Shown here: piece after piece, positions 19,764-28,322 of the stretch
Layout of the letters: every line of letters starts with the position of its first letter
How positions within the stretch are numbered: position 1 is the stretch's first letter
Source of the DNA: Deltaproteobacteria bacterium
Lineage (GTDB): Bacteria; Desulfobacterota; Desulfarculia; JACQYL01
Direction of reading: 5' to 3'
Assembly: GCA_016208165.1 (NCBI GenBank)
Contig: JACQYL010000007.1
Span: 41,831-105,830 of the forward strand
Length of the DNA: 64,000 nt
Position numbers and translations under genes: made by a program
Notes under the pieces: model-generated
Told to the model about the DNA's origin: nothing
Databases searched by the model: none
The model's input: the letters and a program-made list of their open reading frames with translations, nothing else

Positions 19764-20426
19764 ATGGAAGTTCCGATCCACCATGCCGCTGGAGTGAAAC
19801 GTTTTCTTGAGACCCTCGTGCACGGCCTCGATGCCTGGGGACTGCACGCGCCTATGGGTTTTTTGGACCAATGCTTGAAGTACTATGCCTTGATTGAGGA
19901 ATGGAATCGTGTGTTTCGCCTGGTGGGACACCGGAATCCCGAAGATGTGGCTGTGAACCTGTTCCTGGATTCTCTGGCGCCGGCTCCATACATTCCGGAA
20001 GGCGCCCAGCTTCTGGACGTGGGCTCGGGAGCGGGTTTCCCGGGGCTGGTCTTGAGGCTTTTCCGGCCCGATCTACAGGTGACACTGGTGGACGCCACCC
20101 GAAAAAAGGTGAATTTTCTCAAACAGGTACGTCTCGAACTCGGCCTTTCCGGCTTACAAGCGCTCCAGTGCCGCCTGGGAAAAGAGGCGTGCGGACAACT
20201 CCGGGCCCGGACGTACGATGCCGCTATATCCAAAGCGCTGGGTTCCATGAACCTGCTGGTGAATCTGGCCGGGCCCTACCTTAAGCCCGGAGGGTCTTTC
20301 ATCGTGATGAAAGGGCCCGGAGGTCTGGACGAGCCGACGGATTCACTACCCGGAGCCGTCATCACCGTGCCCTATGCTTTGCCCGAAGGCGGCGGCAAGA
20401 GGACCCTGGCGATGCTCTCCCCCTAG
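19764..20426 (+). CDS. rsmG: 16S rRNA (guanine527-N7)-methyltransferase
   Basis: LLDVGSGAGFPGLVL SAM motif; length and order typical of GidB/RsmG. Confidence 0.85.
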   Translation: MEVPIHHAAGVKRFLETLVHGLDAWGLHAPMGFLDQCLKYYALIEEWNRVFRLVGHRNPEDVAVNLFLDSLAPAPYIPEGAQLLDVGSGAGFPGLVLRLFRPDLQVTLVDATRKKVNFLKQVRLELGLSGLQALQCRLGKEACGQLRARTYDAAISKALGSMNLLVNLAGPYLKPGGSFIVMKGPGGLDEPTDSLPGAVITVPYALPEGGGKRTLAMLSP

Positions 20427-20725
20427 CGGCCGGAGAGCGTGCACGGTTTTTCCCGGGGCTCGCACCGCAAAACACTCAGTCAGACCGGGGGAAATCCTTC
20501 GAATACACCTCCTTCCCTCGATACACCGCCTCTCATCCCGCCCATTGATCTCTTCATCCCACGTCCCCAAATTTCTCCGATATCCTGGACTCCAACTAAT
20601 AAACCACAAAATTAACCCGTATAGCCTAATTATAGAACTGTACTGAGATATGATTCCGAAATATTCATGATTACTAAACGATCCTGGACGCTCCTTAATA
20701 TTTTATCTTGGTGCAACTTTTTTTA

Positions 20726-20754
20726 TTGACAGGAAAATTTCATTTTGCTATATA
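20726..20754 (+). promoter_or_regulatory. near-consensus sigma-70 promoter with an extended -10
   Basis: TTGACA (20726-31), 17 nt, TATATA (20749-54) preceded by TGc, with a T/A tract just upstream. The next convincing CDS is 720 nt downstream. Confidence 0.55.
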
Positions 20755-21103
20755 GTTTAGCATGCGTCCATACTAAATGCATGTTTAGACAGCCACCCTT
20801 CAAACAAGCGTGACTACTGCCGCTGTCCGAAGGCGTAATTCAAGTGGTCAACCTCTTTCGACCTGCTCCATGGGATCTCATGCCGATCCCTATTTATGAA
20901 ATGAGGCTTTAACATATTTCCTGGTATCCTCTTCCTCATCCTAAATTGGTGGTCTTAAAGCAGACCTGGACAATATAGCGAATTTCTCCGCAATCTTAGC
21001 CGATTGGTCGTTTTCGGCCATATTTCATACAACGAACGCAGTTCAAAAAAATCGAATAACCTTATCCTATTGACGCGCGGAACCTTTTGGAGCCTCGGTA
21101 CTA

Positions 21104-21307
21104 ATGCCCATACCAGGATCTGATGACAAAGGCAACGGCGTATTCATATACAGGCCAAAGAGGTCGCTTGGAATCGCTCGTGGAGCGCCTGCTTTTCCGA
21201 CCCGGCGCCTCGACGTGGATGCGAAACTGGAGGTGATAGAACACCGCAACCAGATAGATGAAGCAAAACGTTGGTATGTTGGGAACCGGTTCATTCTGCA
21301 GGATTAA
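21104..21307 (+). CDS. possible small protein (67 aa), uncertain
   Basis: ATG with GGAG about 11 nt upstream and protein-like composition. The stop codon is embedded in the perfect palindrome AGGATTAATCCT. No homology recognised. Confidence 0.3.
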   Translation: MPIPGSDDKGNGVFIYRPKRSLGIARGAPAFPTRRLDVDAKLEVIEHRNQIDEAKRWYVGNRFILQD

Positions 21308-21473
21308 TCCTTCAAGGCTCTAGAGCTAGATCAAGATGGAAGGCGCGCCTTTCGGTGGTCATTGGTGCGGCCTGTCACCGGTGTCGGCTTGGAATGCCGG
21401 GCGGACACAGACGCTGGGCGTCGCCTGCTCAGGTCAATAGAATAGCTTTGACTAAACAAGGAGATCTATCGCA

Positions 21474-23060
21474 ATGAACCTGCACAGACCCAATGCGAAC
21501 GAGGCTTTGCAGACCAAGAATCGTTCACGAGACGTAGCACCCCAGTCCGGCATTTGCAGCCGATGCATCGACGGCTGCAAAGGAAACTGCGACCTTTTTA
21601 ACGCCACCTTCAGGAGCCGGGAACTGCTCTACCCCGGTCCCTTCGGCGAACTAACGGCCGGCACGGACAAAGACTATCCCGTCGATTACTCGCACTTGAA
21701 CATCATGGGATATGCCTTCGGCGCGGAAGGCATTCAGGCTGACCCGGACCATGCCACCTTTCCGGCTGTAAGCACCGAAACTTCGTTCGGCCGCTCGGAA
21801 AAGGTGAAAATGAAGATACCGATGTTCACCGGAGCGCTGGGCAGCACGGAAATTGCCCGGAAGAACTGGGAACATTTCGCCATTGGCGCCGCCATCACGG
21901 GCGTCAGCTTGGTCTGCGGCGAGAACGTGTGCGGAATCGATCCCCAATTGGAGCGCGGGTCCAACGGTAAGGTGGCAAAGTCGCCTGAAATGGACCGGAG
22001 ATTGGAGCTATACCGCCGCTATCATGAGGGGTATGGCGACATTCTGGTCCAATTGAACGTGGAGGACGCAAGACTCGGCGTGGCGGAATACGTGCTAAGC
22101 AAACTCGGCGTCGAGACTATCGAACTCAAGTGGGGACAAGGCGCAAAAAGCATTGGAGGCGAGATCAAGGTCAATTCCCTTGATCGGGCCCTCGAGTTGA
22201 AAGGCCGCGGATATATCGTTACGCCCGACCCGGAAGAGAGGGCGGTCCAGGATGGGTTCCGCGACGGCGCCATAAAAGAATTCGAACGCCATTCCCGACT
22301 GGGCTTTGCGGATCAGGAAAATTTCATGAAAACGGTTCAGCGCTTTCGGGAACTGGGGGCCAAACGAGTCACGCTCAAGACCGGTGCTTATCCCATGCGC
22401 GAGCTGGCCATGGCGATTCGCTGGTCTTCGGACGCGAAAATCGACCTTTTGACCATTGACGGCGCGGCGGGAGGAACAGGTATGAGTCCGTGGCGCATGA
22501 TGTCCGAGTGGGGAGTGCCTTCCATTTACCTGCATTCCATGGCGTATGAACTCTGCTCTCGTCTGGAGAGAAACGGCGACCGGGCGCCGGATATCGCCTT
22601 TGCGGGCGGCTTCTCCTCCGAAGACCACATTTTCAAGGCCATTGCTTTAGGCGCTCCCTACTGCAAGGCGGTGTGCATGGGTAGAGCGCTGATGATCCCG
22701 GGCATGGTGGGAAAGAACATTGGAAAATGGCTTTCGGGCGAAGACGGCGGCCTTCCCTCCACGGTGCTCAAATACGGATCCACCAAAGAACAGATTTTTG
22801 TTTGCTATGAGGAGCTTAAAGAGAAATACGGAAAGGAATTGGACAACATCCCTCTGGGAGCCATTGGCATTTACAGCGCCGGCGAAAAGCTACGTGTCGG
22901 CCTGCAGCAGCTCATGGCGGGGGCTCGGAAATGGCGTGTTGACCTGATTACTCGGAAGGAGCTGTTCAGTCTGACCGAAGAAGCGGCGAAAGTGACCGGG
23001 ATTCCGTTCGTTATGGATGCTTACAGGCAGGAAGCCCTGGATATCATTGACGGCAAGTAA
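21474..23060 (+). CDS. glutamate-synthase-related FMN-domain protein (GltB domain-2 family), stand-alone
   Basis: DGAAGGTGMSPW FMN/substrate motif, TIM-barrel-like order, and an N-terminal Cys motif CSRCIDGCKGNC. AAGGAG lies upstream. Confidence 0.75.
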   Translation: MNLHRPNANEALQTKNRSRDVAPQSGICSRCIDGCKGNCDLFNATFRSRELLYPGPFGELTAGTDKDYPVDYSHLNIMGYAFGAEGIQADPDHATFPAVSTETSFGRSEKVKMKIPMFTGALGSTEIARKNWEHFAIGAAITGVSLVCGENVCGIDPQLERGSNGKVAKSPEMDRRLELYRRYHEGYGDILVQLNVEDARLGVAEYVLSKLGVETIELKWGQGAKSIGGEIKVNSLDRALELKGRGYIVTPDPEERAVQDGFRDGAIKEFERHSRLGFADQENFMKTVQRFRELGAKRVTLKTGAYPMRELAMAIRWSSDAKIDLLTIDGAAGGTGMSPWRMMSEWGVPSIYLHSMAYELCSRLERNGDRAPDIAFAGGFSSEDHIFKAIALGAPYCKAVCMGRALMIPGMVGKNIGKWLSGEDGGLPSTVLKYGSTKEQIFVCYEELKEKYGKELDNIPLGAIGIYSAGEKLRVGLQQLMAGARKWRVDLITRKELFSLTEEAAKVTGIPFVMDAYRQEALDIIDGK

Positions 23061-23180
23061 TGCCTCCCGCTGAACGGCCGATGGGCGGCGAGCCTGACGC
23101 TAGGTAATCATTCACGTCCCTGATGTGCACCGGGCCGGAAGCAATCGGATTTCCAGGTAAACCCAACGAGGAGACAGGAA

Positions 23181-23486
23181 ATGAGACACTACGCGATACT
23201 GAGCAAACTCACCCAAGAAGGAAGGAAAACGGTCAAGGATCTCCCCGAGACCATCGAGCAAATCGACAAAGCACTGGAAGCGTCGGGAGAAGTAAAAATC
23301 CTCATGCAATTCGCTCTACTGGGGCCGTACGACTTCCTCACCATCATACAGGCCGAGGATAACAAGGTCATTTTGAGAACCGCCATGGAGATTGAATCCG
23401 GAGGGATCATGGACACCATGACGGTGCCGGCCATACCGGTCGAGGACTATGTGGCCGAATTCAAGAAGCAAAGTAAGAACGATTAG
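23181..23486 (+). CDS. GYD-domain protein
   Basis: 101 aa; MRHYAILSKLT...LLGPYDFLTI signature. GAGGAG lies upstream. Confidence 0.75.
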   Translation: MRHYAILSKLTQEGRKTVKDLPETIEQIDKALEASGEVKILMQFALLGPYDFLTIIQAEDNKVILRTAMEIESGGIMDTMTVPAIPVEDYVAEFKKQSKND

Positions 23487-24161
23487 CCCAGCGCCGGCGT
23501 GTTTCAGCAGATCGGCGCATGCTGGACCGGATCGGGTTACCGGTGGGGCTCCTGCTTTAGAGTCTGGGGGCTCCTCCGGAACCTCCCGCCGTGAACCCGA
23601 GGAGGCCCGCGCCATCGTCGCCGGCAGACCTGCGTGACGCCCGCCATAAGAGACTGGGTGCGGGCAGGCCCGATGGGAAAAACAAGCCCTACCCTGTCGT
23701 TTCGAAGAAGACCTCACGCCTGATTCGCCATTCTTCCTTTCCCGATACGAACCGGTAAAGCATTCATGCTGCAGAACCCCTTTTAGGCTTTTTTCTCAGC
23801 CCGTCGATATGGTATGCAGAACCAACGTGCTCGGCGCTCCGATGTTCTTGGCCGGCATCTCTGCGAAGAAGCCCGGCCGGCGTTGGGGGATAGTTTTTCC
23901 AATTTCCAATGCCAAGGCTTCTTGATCCGGCGGATTAGACCTGCACTCCGGCGGCAACGAAGAATCGAGGAAAGCTAAGCGGAAGGGCTTTTAACGTGCA
24001 TGTCGGTTCAATGAGGGAGAAACCGGTCGGCCCTCAAATTTGTCCATGCCGATCAACGAAGCACGACCCGCACATGCAGAGAACAGTGGGCAGGTTTCTA
24101 TTATTGCATCCAGGGCTCAAATGACGTTTCGAGTTCGCAGATGGTTTCTAACCAAGCGCAA

Positions 24162-24190
24162 TTGCTTTTGATATAGAGCCCAAGTATAAT
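24162..24190 (+). promoter_or_regulatory. candidate sigma-70 promoter for the PilZ gene
   Basis: TTGCTT (24162-67), 17 nt, TATAAT (24185-90), about 35 nt upstream of ATG 24225. Confidence 0.5.
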
Positions 24191-24224
24191 ACAAGAAACG
24201 CACAAGCAGTGGTTAGGAGGGACT

Positions 24225-25013
24225 ATGAGAAAGAGGTATGCGCTCCAATGCCCGAAGTGTAAAAAGACCGGTCTTCTGCGTCTGACTTCCTCGACAGGCG
24301 GAAGGTTATCCGTAAGATGCTCCAACTGCAGGGCAATTCTCCGGTGTCTGATCGATCGACGTCCTCACCCTCGTAGATCACCCATCCCGGCGATAAGGAT
24401 CGCTACCACTTCAGCCGAGCCAGTGGAGTTCACGGGCGAACTCACCGATATTTCGGAAACCGGATGTCGGGTAAGGGCGAAAGGCCTACTTCCTCAACAA
24501 GGACAGAAACTCAATCTGGAAATCAGGCTCCCCGCGGAATTTACCGAGCTGAACGTCCTTGGAAGCGTTGTATGGATTCGTAAGTCAGCGGATAACGTTT
24601 GTGAATTCGGAGTCCATTTTTCCGATTTGGTCGCCGGCATGAGGGAGGCGATTGCAGGTTCGTCCATTTTCGTTTCGGCTCAGGATTCCGCCAGGTCCGA
24701 GAGTAATGCTGAACGTTCGTCACCCACCGGCTCCTCCCGACATCCTATATTGCCGGCAGGCGTGGAGCCTTTCCCGGATATCGAGCTGGCAGGAAAGATA
24801 CTGAACGCTCATAGATACAAGACGGGAACCAGGGCATGGCGCTTTACCCGTTCTCCGCTCGTTCAAAGAGAATCCGCGGGCATTCTGAACGCCAATCGTT
24901 ATGCTTGGAGATCCTTCAAAAATAACCTGCTCAACGCCGACCGGTATTCATGGCGGAATCCGGGCTCCGGGATCATCAACGGCCGCAAGTACTCCTGGAG
25001 AGATACGGATTGA
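24225..25013 (+). CDS. zinc-ribbon + PilZ domain protein (putative c-di-GMP receptor) with a C-terminal repeat tail
   Basis: CPKC...CSNC ribbon; PilZ RxxxR (RPHPR) and DxSxxG (DISETG) motifs. AGGAGG lies upstream. Confidence 0.75.
   Translation: MRKRYALQCPKCKKTGLLRLTSSTGGRLSVRCSNCRAILRCLIDRRPHPRRSPIPAIRIATTSAEPVEFTGELTDISETGCRVRAKGLLPQQGQKLNLEIRLPAEFTELNVLGSVVWIRKSADNVCEFGVHFSDLVAGMREAIAGSSIFVSAQDSARSESNAERSSPTGSSRHPILPAGVEPFPDIELAGKILNAHRYKTGTRAWRFTRSPLVQRESAGILNANRYAWRSFKNNLLNADRYSWRNPGSGIINGRKYSWRDTD
24798..25010 (+). repeat. four degenerate in-frame peptide repeats [IL][IL]N[AG]x[RK]Y..WR
   Basis: ILNAHRYKTGTRAWR / ILNANRYAWR / LLNADRYSWR / IINGRKYSWR in the C-terminal 70 aa of the PilZ protein. 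Confidence 0.7.
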
Positions 25014-25281
25014 CCCGAGGGCGGCTGCCGCGACGGCGGGAAGCCGGTACAATCGTCCTTGATTTCGACCGGGATGAAAGACTTCGCCGACCGCGCGAAT
25101 GCAACTTTGGAATGCCTGAGTTATTGGACGGCGAGGAAGACCTGAAATCGTGGGGCCCGGGTTAGTAGCTGAAAACGGTTCCGAAACCGGAATACGGAGT
25201 TGCGGAACGCTGAAGACCACACCTCGGACCCCACGGAACTCCTACCCCTTGGAGGTCAAGTAGCCTCTTCTGCTGGAAGAA

Positions 25282-25737
25282 TTAACCGTATGACGGCTTC
25301 CCACCTTCGGCGTGTGATCGCACGTTCTCTTCATAACAGTTGGCCAATCTTTGTCCTACCACGCCGGCCAGCCGCTTCATGATGCGATATGCCTCCCGGG
25401 GATGCTTGTCAAACACGTGCTCCAGACGTGTCGTATCGATTCTGATGGCTTTGGTTTCCTCGTAGCACTCCGCCGTCACCGTATAGCGTTTGGGTTCAAC
25501 AAGTGATGACCATCCAAACACTCTTCCCGGTTTCTCCAGGGTGAAATTCAGAGAACCGCCATTTCTAATGAAAAGACTGACACACCCCTCAACCAGGATG
25601 TACAGATTCTCGGCGATGTCTCCCCGCTTGAAAAGAATTTGATCCTTTCGATAAGATTCTTCCCGGCAAATCGAGGATACCTCGTTCATGAATTCCGGGC
25701 TCAGATCTTTGAAAAGCTCTATTTCTTCCATAAGCAT
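25282..25737 (-). CDS. cyclic-nucleotide-binding domain protein (single domain)
   Basis: LFKDLSPEF...ILFKRGDIAENLYILVEGCV...FGWSSLV pattern typical of the cNMP-binding fold. No output domain. Confidence 0.75.
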   Translation of the reverse strand: MLMEEIELFKDLSPEFMNEVSSICREESYRKDQILFKRGDIAENLYILVEGCVSLFIRNGGSLNFTLEKPGRVFGWSSLVEPKRYTVTAECYEETKAIRIDTTRLEHVFDKHPREAYRIMKRLAGVVGQRLANCYEENVRSHAEGGKPSYG

Positions 25738-25892
25738 TGTTCATCACCTCCTTCTTTTCATGTCTGCGACGAAGCTCTCGACCTCCAGTTCTTATTATAC
25801 TCCCGATACGCAAGCGAGACCAGACTTTCCGCCGGCGCCGACCCTGGGTTAAGCACGATCCGGCGGACCTTATTCGAGATTCCTCAATTAAG

Positions 25893-25921
25893 TTGACCCG
25901 TTCCTTTTACAGAGATAGATT
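25893..25921 (+). promoter_or_regulatory. candidate sigma-70 promoter for the acyl-CoA dehydrogenase/etf operon
   Basis: TTGACC (25893-98), 17 nt, TAGATT (25916-21). This would give a leader of about 380 nt. Confidence 0.35.
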
Positions 25922-26306
25922 GGGCATACATAAGTGCACCGATTGCACCCATGGTTGCACGGATTCTTCAAGTGGTTTGCAGTCCCTCGGCATGCTCGGA
26001 TTGCGGCAGCCTATCGTTACAACCCGATAATGGCGACGTTGTGAGGTATGCGCACCATCGCAATGGGGGCCCTTATTCACTCCGGCCGGTGAGGGAGGTC
26101 GCCTTACAGGATTAAAGTGCTTCCAAATTGGTCGTGTTTATGCCACATTAGGAGGCCGGGCTTTTCTGCGCCCCCGACGCATTTTTCTAACGATTGTGAG
26201 ATATTAAGCTGAATCATGGGTTCCCGGCGTGCTAGCGGAGACCTGATGTAGTTTCATTAATCGGAACGAATCCCAGGACGCGTTTCGACCATATCCGATT
26301 GAGGAG

Positions 26307-27455
26307 TTGGAGCCCGTGAACTTAGAACCCACAATGAAACAAGCCGTAATTCGACGTACGGCCCGGAAATATGCCGAGGAAAGGCTAGCCGGACCGGCGG
26401 CGGAAATGGATGTGACCGGAGAATTTCCACAGGATGTGGCCCGAGAGATGGCCGGATTGAGCTACTTCGGCCTCGAGATTCCTTCGGAATACGGCGGCGC
26501 GGGTTTGGATCCTGTGAGTTCCGCCATCGTTATTGAAGAGGTCTCGAGGGTTAGCGGTGCAATGGGGCTTTGCCTGGCGGTTCATAACGGTGTTTCGGCC
26601 TTCCCTCTCTTTCGGTTCGGAAACGAGGAACAAAAGCGGGAGTTCCTGATACCGATGGCCAAGGGAGAAAAGATCGGAACCTTCTGCCTCACGGAGCCCA
26701 ACGCCGGTTCCGACGCATCCTCTCTCGAAACGGTAGCCGTCCGTGACGGGAACGACTTCATTTTGAACGGAAACAAAACCTTCGTAACGAACGGAGGCGT
26801 TTCGGGCACCAATCTGATATTTTGCGTGGACAATCCTGGTGAAGAAAAGAAACGGTTTTCAGTCTTCATTGTGGAATCGGAACGGGATGGTCTGGAAAAG
26901 GGACCATCGGAAGATCTGATGGGCATGCGGGGAAATCCGGTATGTCCCATAGCCTTAAACAATTGCCGTGTTCCGATGGAGCGACGACTCGGAAAAGAAG
27001 GTGAAGGCCTGAGAATCGCTTTAATTACACTCTGCGGCGGCAGACTGGGAATCGCCGCCCAGTCTTTGGGTATCGCCCAGGCATGTCTGGACGCATCGCT
27101 CAAGTATGCTAAGGAACGCCACCAGTTCGGCCAGGCCATATCCGGCTTCGGCGCCATCCAGGCCTTTTTGGCTGATATGGCGACGCGAATCGAAGCCTCG
27201 CGCCTGTTGCTCTATCGCGCAGCGGAATTGAAGGGTCGAGGAGTCGAATATACGAAGGAATCCGCCATGGCGAAATTGTACGCAAGCGAAACGGCCGTCG
27301 AGGCGGCCCGACGCGGCGTCCAGATCCACGGCGGATATGGGTTTACTAAAGCGTATCCCATCGAGCGCTATTATCGCGACGCTAAGGTCTGCGAAATCTA
27401 TGAGGGAACGTCCGAAGTGCAGCGATTGGTTATTGCCCGGAGTGTACTCAAGTAG
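26307..27455 (+). CDS. acyl-CoA dehydrogenase (short/butyryl-chain type)
   Basis: GAGLD...TEPNAGSD...catalytic-Glu region IYEGTSEVQRLVIA. The start is more likely the GTG at 26316 (GAGGAG 8 nt upstream). Confidence 0.85.
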   Translation: MEPVNLEPTMKQAVIRRTARKYAEERLAGPAAEMDVTGEFPQDVAREMAGLSYFGLEIPSEYGGAGLDPVSSAIVIEEVSRVSGAMGLCLAVHNGVSAFPLFRFGNEEQKREFLIPMAKGEKIGTFCLTEPNAGSDASSLETVAVRDGNDFILNGNKTFVTNGGVSGTNLIFCVDNPGEEKKRFSVFIVESERDGLEKGPSEDLMGMRGNPVCPIALNNCRVPMERRLGKEGEGLRIALITLCGGRLGIAAQSLGIAQACLDASLKYAKERHQFGQAISGFGAIQAFLADMATRIEASRLLLYRAAELKGRGVEYTKESAMAKLYASETAVEAARRGVQIHGGYGFTKAYPIERYYRDAKVCEIYEGTSEVQRLVIARSVLK

Positions 27456-27512
27456 TCGCGCGAAGGATGTTGAAAACCGAACTTGTCGGCAACATGGACG
27501 GAACACAGGCGT

Positions 27513-28322
27513 ATGAACATAGCAGTATGCATCAAACAGGTCCCGGACGTACCGAGCATTCGGATCGATAAACAGCGAATGACCATCATTCGGGAAGGCG
27601 TAGAGAGCATCATTAACCCGCTGGATTGTGTAGCTCTGGAAGCGGCGGTGGACCTACGGGACAAGGAAGGTGGCTCTGTAACCGTGTTGAGCATGGGGCC
27701 GCCACAAAGTGAAGAAGCTTTACGGGAAGCTTTGGCGGCCGGCGCGGATCGGGCGATTTTGCTCACCGACCCGAATTTTGCCGGGGCGGACACGCTGGCC
27801 ACGTCTCACGTTCTGGCCCGAGCCATATCCAAGCTGGAGCCGTTTCCGGACCTCGTGCTGTGCGGTTCACAGACCATCGACAGCGACACCGGCCACGTGG
27901 CGTCTCAAATAGCGCAGGAACTGGACCTGCCGCAGGTTTGCGGCGTCAACGAGGTCCATGTGGAGAAAGATTTTCTTGTGGTAAAGCGAGTCAGTGACCG
28001 ATTCCTGGATACCATACGGGTCAGCATGCCCGCGGTGCTTGCCGTCTCCCGTGAACTCTGCGTGCCGAGTCACATCCCTTTTGCACATCTTGAAAGAGCC
28101 TTTTCCGAGCGAGATGTCATCCGTTGGGGAATGGACGACCTTGACCTTAAACCGGAAGAAGTGGGCTTTAAAGGATCCGCCACCTGGGTCGCCAGACTTC
28201 ATACGCCTCCCGCCAAGAGAAAGGGGGAGATCCTAAGCGGCTCACCTCAAATCCTGGCAGGATACTTAGTCAAAAAACTCGAGGCAATGGGCATTATCGA
28301 TGAAGAAGACAAGAAACCGTAA
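27513..28322 (+). CDS. etfB: electron transfer flavoprotein beta subunit
   Basis: MNIAVCIKQVPD N-terminus; GSQTIDSDTGHVASQIA region. The ORF is open from 27483. Confidence 0.85.
   Translation: MNIAVCIKQVPDVPSIRIDKQRMTIIREGVESIINPLDCVALEAAVDLRDKEGGSVTVLSMGPPQSEEALREALAAGADRAILLTDPNFAGADTLATSHVLARAISKLEPFPDLVLCGSQTIDSDTGHVASQIAQELDLPQVCGVNEVHVEKDFLVVKRVSDRFLDTIRVSMPAVLAVSRELCVPSHIPFAHLERAFSERDVIRWGMDDLDLKPEEVGFKGSATWVARLHTPPAKRKGEILSGSPQILAGYLVKKLEAMGIIDEEDKKP

Noticed and set aside
21415-21429. Sigma-54-like TGGGCG-N5-TGCT upstream of the GltB-like gene (and a similar TGGATTAATAATGCA near 14240)
   Set aside because: On counting, the GG and GC dinucleotides are separated by 9 nt, not the required 10, and the -12 element is imperfect. 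The spacing is too strict to call these promoters.
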